From the IMG/VR virus record IMGVR_UViG_3300031998_000007: a stretch of 64,000 nucleotides of DNA; one strand, written 5' to 3'. Both the position numbers and the translations under genes were made by a program. The notes under the pieces are model-generated. The model made no database searches, was not told where the DNA came from, and saw nothing but the letters and a program-made list of their open reading frames with translations. Position 1 is the stretch's first letter. Each line of letters opens with the position of its first letter. This document shows positions 47,147 through 56,735 of this stretch, one piece after another. This DNA is from a virus. Lineage: Duplodnaviria > Heunggongvirae > Uroviricota > Caudoviricetes.

Positions 47147-48462
47147 GGATACGGGACACCGGCCCACTGGTCGGCGGAGTTCTGCGTAGTGGGTGCCTTG
47201 CCCGGCGCATAGACCTTCGGATCGCGGCGTTTCGGATCCCAGTCTTCCACCTGATATTCCGGGAAAGCGTCCCGGGCCTTCTTCTGCCAGTCCGTCTGCG
47301 GGTTCTTGGAGTCGTCCTGCGGCTTGCTGTTCTTGACAGGCTGCCCGCTCGGGAGTTTCTCCGGGTATTGTTGCAGCTGTGTCGGCAGCTTGCCGAACGC
47401 CGGGAGCAGCTTTTCCTTGAACGACTTGTCGTAGTAGGTGTGGCTAATCGCGTTGAGCGAGGAGTTCTCGTCCTTCGTGTTGATGTTCGTCTTGCGGTTC
47501 GGGCGGCTTTCCTCGAAGAAGGACCGGTTGAAGCAGCCCACATCTTCTTCCACGCCCTGGACGCCCACTGCGAGGCTTCCCTCGATGGTGTTGTCGCGCA
47601 GGCCGCGGAGCTCGCACTTCGACGTGCCCTGGAAGGTGTTCGGGTATTTGAACGAAATGTCGAACTGGTAGAAGTCGCCGCTTTCCTGGTTCTTGAGGGT
47701 TCCCATCTTCGGAGCGTATTCGAGGACGCAGGAATTGAACTCGAACGCCTGGGCGAGGTCGTCCGAGGTGTAATAGATCTTGTTGGTCCGTTGCAACTCG
47801 TTTTCCGCCGGACCTATCGCGGTGGTCATTTCGCCATAGACGTCAACGCACACCAGGATTTTCTGGAAGGTGCTGCGTGCTTTCAGCACTCGCGTGGAGA
47901 ACTGGACGTTGAAGAGTGCATTGAAGAACTGATACCACATGAAATACGGGTCGTCGATGACTTTCAGTTTCAGGACGCCCGGCCCCTCATACTTCGTGAT
48001 GAGCGGGTATGGCATGGAGTTCTTGATCGAGTCGATTGTGAAATTGTCTATCTTGGCCTTCGCCTGCCCGATGTCAACGTCCTGGCTTACCCAGAGCATG
48101 TTGAGGAGGTGGTTCCTCGAGTCGTAGTGCAGGTCGAGCCATGCCTTGAAGGCTTCGTGCTTGAACGGGAACTGGCCGTGGGCCAGCTTCTTCGCCTTGG
48201 TGTTGCGGTCGATGTTCGTGTTGAGGTCCATCACGCGGAGGGCCTCTTCGACATACGGGCCCTGCAGGCTTACGTTGTAGCGGTTGAGGATGTGGCCGCG
48301 TGCATACTTGTAGAACGCGGCGTAGTAATGTTCGTGGAACGGACGGTAGGTGTTGAGCGTCTGCGCATTGGCAGACTGCGTAGCGGCCTGGGACGCTGCG
48401 TATGCCGCGCTTCCACCGGTGCTGCCGGTTGCTGAATTGGTCTGTGGGCCTCTATCCGCCAT
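47143..48462 (-). CDS. Tube-fold baseplate protein (gp54-like) with low-complexity tail
   Basis: LKLKVIDD...WYQFFN...VCVDVY...FEFNSCV...FYQFDISFKY is a tube-protein-like layout. Confidence 0.45.
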   Translation of the reverse strand: MADRGPQTNSATGSTGGSAAYAASQAATQSANAQTLNTYRPFHEHYYAAFYKYARGHILNRYNVSLQGPYVEEALRVMDLNTNIDRNTKAKKLAHGQFPFKHEAFKAWLDLHYDSRNHLLNMLWVSQDVDIGQAKAKIDNFTIDSIKNSMPYPLITKYEGPGVLKLKVIDDPYFMWYQFFNALFNVQFSTRVLKARSTFQKILVCVDVYGEMTTAIGPAENELQRTNKIYYTSDDLAQAFEFNSCVLEYAPKMGTLKNQESGDFYQFDISFKYPNTFQGTSKCELRGLRDNTIEGSLAVGVQGVEEDVGCFNRSFFEESRPNRKTNINTKDENSSLNAISHTYYDKSFKEKLLPAFGKLPTQLQQYPEKLPSGQPVKNSKPQDDSKNPQTDWQKKARDAFPEYQVEDWDPKRRDPKVYAPGKAPTTQNSADQWAGVPYP

Positions 48463-49136
48463 TATGTGTACCTGTCAGTTCCGTTTGACACGCATATCGC
48501 GGTCATGAGTTCGTTCGGTTCCGGGAGCCTGATGAGCCTCCGGTCTTCATACTGCATCGAGACGGTGAACGTCGCCACGTCGAGGTTGCCCGGCGTGATG
48601 TCGATGTCGCTGAGTTCCGTGATGCGGCAGCGCTCGTAGCGCCATATCATGTATTCCTGCGCCACGTCGTCCGCGGCGTGGATTTCCACGAAGGGGATCC
48701 AGGTAAGGCGGTTGCGGTATCGCTTGTCGAAGCTATACACCCTGTGGTTCACGTCCTTGATAGGATTGCCGCCAATCTGCCCTCCCTGGACCGTCCGGCA
48801 ATACCGGTCGATTGCCCAGTAGTTCTCGAACCTGTTGTCGCAGAACATGTTCACGGTGAGCACCTTGTCGAACTGGTTGTTCTCGGTGACCGGGATGCGC
48901 GTGCTGAACAGGTAGTGGTGCTCCTTCTGGTAATGGAGCGAGAGGCCCGGGGCCACGAACTTCTTGATGTTCGCGTTGACCGTTTCTGCCGCTGGGGAGG
49001 TGTATGGGTCGGTGGGGGACTTGCGGGTTTCCTTGTATGACACGGGAAGCGGGCCGATGAATATGCGCCAGAACCCCTGGTGCACTAGCATCGGGTTTCT
49101 GGCAAGTGGCCTGCTGCGGGTATCTGTTACCGGCAT
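48462..49136 (-). CDS. Tube-fold tail completion protein (gp3-like)
   Basis: APGLSL...LTVNMFCDNRFENY..I...ITELSDIDIT...ATFTVSMQY resembles gp3/gp19-superfamily motifs. Confidence 0.55.
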   Translation of the reverse strand: MPVTDTRSRPLARNPMLVHQGFWRIFIGPLPVSYKETRKSPTDPYTSPAAETVNANIKKFVAPGLSLHYQKEHHYLFSTRIPVTENNQFDKVLTVNMFCDNRFENYWAIDRYCRTVQGGQIGGNPIKDVNHRVYSFDKRYRNRLTWIPFVEIHAADDVAQEYMIWRYERCRITELSDIDITPGNLDVATFTVSMQYEDRRLIRLPEPNELMTAICVSNGTDRYT

Positions 49137-49151
49137 AGCCCCTCCGGCCGA

Positions 49152-49862
49152 TTAGAGTTTTGCTTTCGGGACTTTGACCGCTCCGCTGTTGTCATGGAGC
49201 TTTACCGGCTTGTTTGCCGGGAACTCGCCCGTGACTACCTTCCCGTCGTTGGTATAGGTCTTCACGTTCTTCTGGTCGAAGAAGTCGAGCTTCTTTTCCT
49301 TGTTGTTGCCCCATTCCTTGCCGGGTTCCTTCACCTTGACCGCGCCGCTCTTGTCGGGTAGCGTGTTGGTCTTGCCCTGGGTCTTGAGCGGGACGCCGAG
49401 TTCTTCGGTAGTCGTCTCGGTCTTGCCGGACTTGTCGGTGACGGAAGTCTTGCGGAGAGCCTTCAACTGTTCGGCGACCTTTGCCGCGGAAACGGTCTTG
49501 CCACCGATTTCGACGGTGACTGTGCCGAACGGATCGGTTTTCGGGGAGCCGGTCTTGACAGTTTTGGCCTTGTCCTTGAGACGGCGGAGGATTGTCTGCC
49601 AGTCGGTGAGCGCATCTTCATGGAAGATGTTGTAATTCTTGCCTTGGAGGTTGGCCTTCGGGACCTTGACCGCTCCCTGCATGGAGTTCACGGTATAGGG
49701 GCCGCTGCCAAGTTTCTTTTGGCCGGGGAACCAGAACGGATCGGTAAGGTGTTCGTTGTTCGTGTTGGCTGCTTCGGATTCCTTTTTCTTGGCAGCTTCC
49801 ATCATGGCGAACACCTCGCTTTCGGTCGGCATTTCATACATTGGGAGTTTAGGTATAGCCAT
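49152..49862 (-). CDS. Lys-rich hypothetical protein with three GAVKV repeats (probable head core protein)
   Basis: GAVKVPKANL, SGAVKVKEP and SGAVKVPKAKL. TAAACTA at 49899-49893. Confidence 0.6.
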   Translation of the reverse strand: MAIPKLPMYEMPTESEVFAMMEAAKKKESEAANTNNEHLTDPFWFPGQKKLGSGPYTVNSMQGAVKVPKANLQGKNYNIFHEDALTDWQTILRRLKDKAKTVKTGSPKTDPFGTVTVEIGGKTVSAAKVAEQLKALRKTSVTDKSGKTETTTEELGVPLKTQGKTNTLPDKSGAVKVKEPGKEWGNNKEKKLDFFDQKNVKTYTNDGKVVTGEFPANKPVKLHDNSGAVKVPKAKL

Positions 49863-49924
49863 TTGCGTAACCACTTTGGTGTTTGATGTGAATAGTTTAG
49901 AAGTGGGAGGCCGAAATGCCCGGT

Positions 49925-50095
49925 TTACATGGGCTGCGCGGCGCTGGTGCCGATAGCCTCGAAGAACGCCTGGTCTGCTTTCGCGACGGCGGACTTGTAT
50001 GCGGACTCGACACAGACGTCAACAATCTCGCGGACGGCGTTGTCGTCGTCGTTGAGGATGGCGGTAATGAGCCTTTTCTGGGTCTTGTGGTCCAT
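49925..50095 (-). CDS. Prohead core protein (gp67-like), 56 aa
   Basis: Hand translation MDHKTQKRLITAILNDDDNAVREIV... resembles T4 gp67 GLIEAIKSNDLVAARKLF. AAGGAG RBS. Near the protease gene. Confidence 0.55.
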   Translation of the reverse strand: MDHKTQKRLITAILNDDDNAVREIVDVCVESAYKSAVAKADQAFFEAIGTSAAQPM

Positions 50096-50118
50096 GATTT
50101 AACTCCTTGTTCCGCACG

Positions 50119-50132
50119 TAGTTTATAAACTA
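50119..50132. promoter_or_regulatory. Perfect 14-bp palindrome TAGTTTATAAACTA: two overlapping back-to-back late-promoter motifs
   Basis: Sits between divergent genes starting at 50095 (-) and 50157 (+). Confidence 0.7.
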
Positions 50133-50156
50133 TGGGTGCAAACGAAAAGGTAAACC

Positions 50157-50588
50157 ATGGCCCGTTCAAGTATCGACATCTTTATCGAGGCGGCTTCCGA
50201 GTCGCCGAAAATAGCCAGTCTCGTCCTCGACGCACAGCGCATCAAGTTCGAGTCGGCTTCCGATGAGGCCGTGAGGCGCCTGCATGACCAGGTCGGCACG
50301 AACAAATACAAGCAGCCGGCTTCCGATATTCACGACGTGGCCAATAACGCCAACGTCGATCCGGGCAAGCAGCCCGGCGAGGAAGAGCTCGAAAACATCT
50401 TCCGTGCCGAACAACTTCCCGGCATGCGCGATAATTCCATCGCGCCCCCGCCCGTGGAGGCGCCGGTTGATGCCGGCCTCAATACTGCCGAAATCGACAC
50501 GCCCGATGCCGACGGCATCATAGACAACCCGTCGGACGACGCAATCGACGACTTTTGCTCGATGCTGGGCGGAAATTCGGGAACCTAG
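50157..50588 (+). CDS. Acidic hypothetical protein (probable prohead core)
   Basis: AAGGT RBS, immediately upstream of the protease. Stop codon lies in the CCTAG motif. Confidence 0.65.
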   Translation: MARSSIDIFIEAASESPKIASLVLDAQRIKFESASDEAVRRLHDQVGTNKYKQPASDIHDVANNANVDPGKQPGEEELENIFRAEQLPGMRDNSIAPPPVEAPVDAGLNTAEIDTPDADGIIDNPSDDAIDDFCSMLGGNSGT

Positions 50589-50626
50589 TTTCTAAACTAT
50601 CAGGCGAATCCTGAACGGACAGAAAG

Positions 50627-51373
50627 ATGCCTCAGATTTTGAAACCAACGAACTTTGTCGAGTCGCTTGACCGCCCGGTTACGGTGCAGGAACTCTCCCG
50701 CATTGGTCTTGACGGTAAGCCCCGCAAGCGCATCATTCTCAATGGTGTCTGTTTGGTGTGCGATACTATCGGCATCAACGGAAGAAAGTACCCGTTGCCG
50801 ATTATCAAGCGCGAGGTTGAATATCTCGTCCGCACTAAGGTGCCTTATGGCCGCCTTGCTGCCGAGCTGAACCACCCGCGTCTCAACAAGAAGAATATTC
50901 CTATCGACTACTCGATCATGGAGATGAACCTCTGGAAGACCTGCGCGGTCATCGAGGACCTCCATTTCGAAGGGCCGAACCTGATTTGCCGAATGGTCGT
51001 CGCGGAAGGGACGCCCGCTGGCGATTGCCTTGCTGGCCTTCTCCGCACCGGCTACCATCCGGGCTATTCTATCCGCGGTACAGGAACCGCCCACCTCATC
51101 GACCCCAAGAAGAAGGACGGGCCGGTCGAGGTCAACGAAGACTATACGCTCGTCACGGTGGACGTCGTGGGCAACCCGTCCTATGGCGAAGCGGCAATCT
51201 TCGATTCCTACATGGAGTCCGTTGCCGCAATGCAGAGCGACAAGCAGGTTCTCCTTGAATCCGTGAACTGTGCAAGAAACTTCCGCAGGGAGTTCCGCAA
51301 GAACTACAAACTCCGCACCGGTTTCAATACGTTCGACAAGAACGTGCTGATTGAAGCCCTGAGCGCTCGATAA
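50627..51373 (+). CDS. gp21: Prohead maturation protease (gp21, S80-like)
   Basis: NGRKYP, ELNHP (catalytic His), TPAG, GYSIRG (Ser-x-Arg) and DVVGNPS (Asp). Confidence 0.92.
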   Translation: MPQILKPTNFVESLDRPVTVQELSRIGLDGKPRKRIILNGVCLVCDTIGINGRKYPLPIIKREVEYLVRTKVPYGRLAAELNHPRLNKKNIPIDYSIMEMNLWKTCAVIEDLHFEGPNLICRMVVAEGTPAGDCLAGLLRTGYHPGYSIRGTGTAHLIDPKKKDGPVEVNEDYTLVTVDVVGNPSYGEAAIFDSYMESVAAMQSDKQVLLESVNCARNFRREFRKNYKLRTGFNTFDKNVLIEALSAR

Positions 51374-51387
51374 GGTGGTAATCCGAA

Positions 51388-52233
51388 ATGGTATTGAAGG
51401 ACATACTTACAGAAGAAGAAATGTCGAAGCTCCCCGAGTCTGTGGGGCCCAAGCTGGAAGCCGCGTTCGCCGCGGAGATGAATGCCGCCATAGAGTCCGA
51501 ACGCAAGAAGTCCGGCAAGAAGCTGAACACCCTTATCGAGAGCATATCCGCGAAGGCCGAGAGCAAGATTGACCAGGCCATTACCGAGAGCGTGGACACC
51601 ATGCGCGGCAATGCCCTTACCGACAAGATGTACAAGCTGGTCCATGACATGGCCGCCCTCCTCGAAAGCGCCGGCATCCCGGTTTCCGAGGACACGAAGC
51701 GCTTGAAGGCGGAGCTTGCCCAGTGCAACATCAACTTGAAGAAGGCCTATGCCGAACGCGAGCACGTAAAGCAGGAACTCAACGACCAGCAGAAGAAGAA
51801 CTTCATCTACAAGTCCGTCCAGGGCATGCGCCCGGAAGTCGTAGATGCCGTGATGAACCACTTCATCAACTTCGACATCCGCGAAATCACTTCCGAGGCC
51901 ATTTCCGACTTCCTGCATGGCAAGAGCGGCACGTACATGATGGACGTTGACCCGGAAGCGAACGGCGATCTTGACATGGACAAGGTCAACAGCGCACTCA
52001 ACGACATTGACCATGCCTTCGAGCTCGACAACCCGAAATATCCGTCCCGCGAGAACGCGCCGATTGAATATTCCCGCGGTGCCAAGGCGAGTCCGATGAA
52101 GTATGACCTTCATACCCCGAACGTCTCCTACGGTCTCGGCGAGGCTGCGGACACCATGCCGCACGGCATCGACCCGGACGTCGCGAGCGCAATCTCCCAG
52201 ATGAGCGGCTTGGGTAGCATGGGATTCGTCTAA
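51388..52233 (+). CDS. gp22: Prohead scaffolding protein (gp22-like)
   Basis: Follows gp21. Coiled-coil protein beginning LKDILTEEE...LEAAF with many xxES sites. Confidence 0.7.
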   Translation: MVLKDILTEEEMSKLPESVGPKLEAAFAAEMNAAIESERKKSGKKLNTLIESISAKAESKIDQAITESVDTMRGNALTDKMYKLVHDMAALLESAGIPVSEDTKRLKAELAQCNINLKKAYAEREHVKQELNDQQKKNFIYKSVQGMRPEVVDAVMNHFINFDIREITSEAISDFLHGKSGTYMMDVDPEANGDLDMDKVNSALNDIDHAFELDNPKYPSRENAPIEYSRGAKASPMKYDLHTPNVSYGLGEAADTMPHGIDPDVASAISQMSGLGSMGFV

Positions 52234-52276
52234 TCGCGGTGAAACCTAGTTTCACGCCGTAAAGACGAGGTAAACC

Positions 52277-52984
52277 ATGGCTTCAAAAGCATTTGCTCAT
52301 CGCCCGGGCGCTTTCGCCCCTACTGCCCGCACACAGCAGACACAACAGTCCGCTTTCATCCAGCCCCAACCGGCACAGCCGGTCTATCAGCCGCAGCTTC
52401 AACCGGCACCGCAGGTCCAACCTGCACCCCAGGCCATTCCTGGGTTTGCTGCGCAGGCTGCACAGCCCCTGGGCCCGGTTCCTGAATTTGGGACCGAGGC
52501 ATACTACCAATACCAGCAGCAGGCACAGGCTGCCGGCTATCACCTGAACCAGGGTGCCGCCAACGAACAGGAAGCATATCGCCAGCGCCAGGCATACATG
52601 GACAACTTGAAGGCCCAGTATGACCAGGATAACGACTGCGCCAAGTTCAACATGACGACCGAAGAGGCCCAGGAGAACAAGAAGCAGCTCGACCAGATGA
52701 TCGACATCCTCAAGTCGGACGAGACCATGATGTCGTCCAAGCCGATGCTCGACACAATCGACAAGTTCCGCTGGATGATTTCCCAGGTCGTGACCAGCAT
52801 GCGCAGTCCCGAACTATGGATTCCCGAAATGTATGTCAGCAACCCGAAGTATGTCGACGGCTACCGTGCCGCGGGCAAGGCTTTGGCTGACGCAATCGAA
52901 AAGTATTCCAGTAAACTTACGTTGATGCAGAACAAGCCGCAGCAACAGCAACCACAACAGCAAGCGCAGCAGCCGACACAGTAA
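52277..52984 (+). CDS. Gln-rich hypothetical protein
   Basis: GAGG RBS and CCTAG motif upstream. Q/P/Y-rich N-terminus, helical core and poly-Q C-terminus. Confidence 0.7.
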   Translation: MASKAFAHRPGAFAPTARTQQTQQSAFIQPQPAQPVYQPQLQPAPQVQPAPQAIPGFAAQAAQPLGPVPEFGTEAYYQYQQQAQAAGYHLNQGAANEQEAYRQRQAYMDNLKAQYDQDNDCAKFNMTTEEAQENKKQLDQMIDILKSDETMMSSKPMLDTIDKFRWMISQVVTSMRSPELWIPEMYVSNPKYVDGYRAAGKALADAIEKYSSKLTLMQNKPQQQQPQQQAQQPTQ

Positions 52985-52985
52985 C

Positions 52986-55382
52986 ATGGAAAAGTTCACC
53001 CTCACCAGCACAGTTTTCAAGGCGGACGGAAATACCCCGCTCGCAATCGGAGTAATCGTCCCTGACGAAGAACAGGTGAGGGAAATCCTCGAAGCCGAAC
53101 TCGACACCGAGACGGATCTTTTCGAGCTGGCCAAGGTCGGCGAGGGGGTCTGGGAACTCCGGTATCTCGGTGGTGCCGAAATGCCGGACCCGAATGTCGC
53201 GTTCGACCTCGAAGTCCTGATTGAGTATATCGCAATCAACGGCCAGCGCATGCGTGCGCTTCCCAAGTTCCGCGTGTTCGGCACTACGGGTGCGCAGTGC
53301 CTCCCGGAAATCCACCACATCGAAAATCTTGCAAGCCGTGTAGGCGAGGTTGCCGAGGTTGTGCTTCACTGTCATAATCTGACGGAAGCGAACGTCGCGA
53401 ACCTTGCCGTCTTTTTGTATGCGGACGGAAATTGCATCCGCATCGCCCCGGAAGACATCCAGTATGAGGGCCTTTCCGACGAGGCTTGTTCGACTGCGGA
53501 CCAGACCGCGACGGTCATCCTCACGCCGGACATGTTCGGTAGCGAGGAGGCATGTGCTACCTATTCAATCTATCTCGGGTATGGCGATACTTGCGCCAAT
53601 GCGACCTTGCTCGAAAATTCCGCGACGACCAGGAACCTGTCACTAATCAGGTATAAGTTCGACGAGGCAAACGAGCCGGCAACGAGCAACAGCGATTACA
53701 GCGGCGAGGGGAACTGCTGGTTTACCAGCCCGATTTCCCTTACTACTTCCGAAGTGGGGACTGTGGCCAATGACGTTTCTACCGGCGCCGGTGACGGCTT
53801 CGGGAGCGAAATCTATGTGAAGGGCATCAGCTATGATTGCCCGTGTGAAAATATCAAGTATTACTACGTCCGCCTGATTTACAATACCCGTCTCGACTAC
53901 CGCAAGGGCGAGATGACGCTTGATGGCGTTTCCCTTCGCGAGGGCGACATCGTGTGGCTTGCCGCGCAGTTCGACGGGACGGATGGCCTCTGGGAAGTCA
54001 GGAAGGACGACTGGCAGGGTCTTGGGGAACCGGTGTATGGCGAAGGTGCGAACCCGTGCTTTGCAATCAATCCCCCGTTGCCGGTTGACTGCGGCGTGTT
54101 CATCGATCCGGGTGTCCGCGTGGCCGAGCCCGTCAGGACGGTTTGCTCCGACGATGTCCCTGTCAAGAACGGATCGCAGACCGTGTGCGGCGTTGCCGTT
54201 AAGCCGGGCGACCTTGTTGTCCTTACCAACCAGGTATGCGAACCGGGCGAGAACTGCGATGGCCTATGGCGCGTTACGTGCGGGGACTGGGAGTTCCTCG
54301 GGAACGACTTTGAAATCAGCGGGAATACGGTTGACCTCAGCCGTGCCGTCACCGTGCAGACCGACATCGACTTCTGCAAGTGCGGCGGTATTTTCCACAT
54401 CGACTATTACTACCTCAACTCGTCATGCTACCTCAACCATGCCCGCAGGACCGTCAAGGTCATGTGCGGTGGCGCATCGGTCGTCCCCAACGGCGAACGC
54501 CAGGTAATCATCACCGATTACAAGATTAGCGACGGCGCGAATGACGAGCTTATTAAGGCGATTTCCGGGACACCGGGCGATCCGGTCCTGGACGACTGCG
54601 TCCTCGTTGACGAGAACTACGAACGCAAGTTCTCCATGGAGACTACGGAAATCCGCAAGGAATGTTCCTATACCGAGGGCGACGTTTCCCCGGACTGTCG
54701 CGCATATTGCGACTGCGAGCGGCATTACACGGTCAAGATGACCGACGATTATTCGACAAGCTCCGACACGAACGGGTTTACGATTGCGTTCTGGCAGCGT
54801 CGCGACGACGGGTGGCACCTGTATGGCTACGTCGGGACGGGCAACATCCGCATCGGCATGGAATACTACGTGATGCACCTCAAGAAGACCGGTGCTGCCG
54901 TGGCGGACGATGTCGAATACAACCGGGAAGTTACCGTGGTCGAGCTGGACGGGAACGGCAATACTGTCAAGGATGCCAACGGGCAGGCAATCGAGCACAC
55001 TACGCATGACGCGTGGTTCATCCCCCATGCTGTCCCGGAAGAAATCTACCCCGAGGATTCCGAGAACACCCGCAAGACCAAGATGGCCTACAACCGGAGC
55101 CTCGAAAACATTCTTGCCGACGGCTTCGGGCTCGTTGACGACAACTGGTCGTTCGCGGTCCGCGACGGCTACGGTGAGAAGGTCCCGATGGAATATACTT
55201 CCATCCTCGGCCCGGACAGCCTCTACGACAACTGGCGAATCACGGACAGCACCAAGTTCCTCTGCAACCGGACTGACGACGGCATCGTCGGCATGCGCGG
55301 TGTGTGGGGTTTCCGGTATTACAAGACCGCGATGTCCGCTGCCGACTTTGCCAAGATGTATAACTCGGCAGCCTGCCACTAG
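52986..55382 (+). CDS. Cys-rich virion appendage/tail-fibre-like protein
   Basis: Two copies of L..GD.V.L..Q....GLW.V...W (about 53934 and 54198), a motif typical of phage fibre proteins. Many Cys residues. Confidence 0.6.
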   Translation: MEKFTLTSTVFKADGNTPLAIGVIVPDEEQVREILEAELDTETDLFELAKVGEGVWELRYLGGAEMPDPNVAFDLEVLIEYIAINGQRMRALPKFRVFGTTGAQCLPEIHHIENLASRVGEVAEVVLHCHNLTEANVANLAVFLYADGNCIRIAPEDIQYEGLSDEACSTADQTATVILTPDMFGSEEACATYSIYLGYGDTCANATLLENSATTRNLSLIRYKFDEANEPATSNSDYSGEGNCWFTSPISLTTSEVGTVANDVSTGAGDGFGSEIYVKGISYDCPCENIKYYYVRLIYNTRLDYRKGEMTLDGVSLREGDIVWLAAQFDGTDGLWEVRKDDWQGLGEPVYGEGANPCFAINPPLPVDCGVFIDPGVRVAEPVRTVCSDDVPVKNGSQTVCGVAVKPGDLVVLTNQVCEPGENCDGLWRVTCGDWEFLGNDFEISGNTVDLSRAVTVQTDIDFCKCGGIFHIDYYYLNSSCYLNHARRTVKVMCGGASVVPNGERQVIITDYKISDGANDELIKAISGTPGDPVLDDCVLVDENYERKFSMETTEIRKECSYTEGDVSPDCRAYCDCERHYTVKMTDDYSTSSDTNGFTIAFWQRRDDGWHLYGYVGTGNIRIGMEYYVMHLKKTGAAVADDVEYNREVTVVELDGNGNTVKDANGQAIEHTTHDAWFIPHAVPEEIYPEDSENTRKTKMAYNRSLENILADGFGLVDDNWSFAVRDGYGEKVPMEYTSILGPDSLYDNWRITDSTKFLCNRTDDGIVGMRGVWGFRYYKTAMSAADFAKMYNSAACH

Positions 55383-55423
55383 GCTAAAACCTAGTTTTCA
55401 TGCAGCAACAAGGACCACCAATT

Positions 55424-56185
55424 ATGGCCAAGAATAGCGAAAAGTCTGTACAAGTCGAGATGGAACCCGAGTTCGACAAGGACGGGCATCAGACCCGCCA
55501 GTCGATGATTTACGGTCACATCGACCCGAATTACTTGAACAGGTTGCTCCTTGAACACAAGGCCGACCACAATGCCGCCTACCAGAAGGCGGTCGAGATG
55601 GGCAACCCCAACCCGAATTTCTACGCACTGCAGACCGCCCCCGTCAACCGCTGGCTCGGGGAAATCATCCAGATTGTTGTCACCAAGACCATCTGCGACG
55701 GTCGCTGGCACTCCTACTCCGCCGACTGGAAGGAGGAAATGGAGGCCTATGCAATCGAGAACATGATCCTCTATTGCCACAACTACGACCCCGAGAAGAT
55801 GAAAGCCAAGTCGAAGAACGGCAAGTGCGACCCCTATTACTACCTTGCGAACGCCGCTACCTGGGCCTTCGTGGCCATCAAGGAAAAGAAGAAGAAGCAG
55901 GCTGCCCGTATGAAGTTCACGAGCCTCAACGACAACCTCCTCTCCACATGTTCGTCCCTTGACCAGTATGCTGGCGTGGTGAAGGAAGATGCCGAAAAGA
56001 AGAAGCATGCTGCCGTGGCCGAAGTCGGCTCCATGGGCGAAATCGACAATGCGGTCGGCGTGCTCGAAGCGGCCTTCCCGGACAAGAAGCATGACCCGGA
56101 CAACATCGAAAGCCCGGATTTCGGCAAGGAACACGCTGAACTGGACGACCTCGTCCGGGACGCGCGGCACAGTTCTATAAACTGA
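55424..56185 (+). CDS. gp55: Late-transcription sigma factor (gp55-like)
   Basis: HIDPNYL..., SYSADWKEEMEAYAIEN...HNYDPEK and DPYYYLANAATWAFV parallel T4 gp55 YVNNKEL, GYTQSWKQEMIADGIEA...HNFDETK and NPHAYITQACFNAFV. Confidence 0.85.
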   Translation: MAKNSEKSVQVEMEPEFDKDGHQTRQSMIYGHIDPNYLNRLLLEHKADHNAAYQKAVEMGNPNPNFYALQTAPVNRWLGEIIQIVVTKTICDGRWHSYSADWKEEMEAYAIENMILYCHNYDPEKMKAKSKNGKCDPYYYLANAATWAFVAIKEKKKKQAARMKFTSLNDNLLSTCSSLDQYAGVVKEDAEKKKHAAVAEVGSMGEIDNAVGVLEAAFPDKKHDPDNIESPDFGKEHAELDDLVRDARHSSIN

Positions 56186-56205
56186 TTCCGTAAAACCTAC
56201 GGAGA

Positions 56206-56691
56206 GTGGCGATGGCGCTCAATATCAATCCTGGAAATGTCCTGAACATGATGGGCTACAATTTCAACCAGCAGAACAGCTGGAAGCGCGACATCTTTGT
56301 CGCTTGCCAGGATGTGTTCCCTACCGTGGGGGACATCAAGAGCGGCAAGGCCGACAAGTTCCTCAACCGTGCCTACAAGCAGCAGAAGCTCCATACCAAC
56401 GGGCTTCTCTCCAAGGCGCAGGAGGACTTTATCGAGGAAAACTACTGGATGAATACTCCGGGTCGTGGCGAAAAGAACTACAACCGCATGGAGTATGACT
56501 TCAGTGACAACCCCAACGGGAAGTCCGCCGAGAACGACAGGAAGGACGCCGAGGCCAAGACGGAGATCAACAAGAACGACATGTTGGACTACTTCAAGAA
56601 GAACGGCTACACCATCTGCACGACGGCCACGTCCTACGGCACCGCTCCCATCACACAGGAAGACTACAAGGACCAGATCAAGTTGCGATAA
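56206..56691 (+). CDS. Hypothetical protein
   Basis: GGAG RBS, with TATAAACTG at 56176-56184 overlapping the end of gp55. Confidence 0.65.
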   Translation: MAMALNINPGNVLNMMGYNFNQQNSWKRDIFVACQDVFPTVGDIKSGKADKFLNRAYKQQKLHTNGLLSKAQEDFIEENYWMNTPGRGEKNYNRMEYDFSDNPNGKSAENDRKDAEAKTEINKNDMLDYFKKNGYTICTTATSYGTAPITQEDYKDQIKLR

Positions 56692-56735
56692 GGTGAGGTT
56701 AGCGTTTTAATCTCCTTTGGCTTGTACCTCACCTG

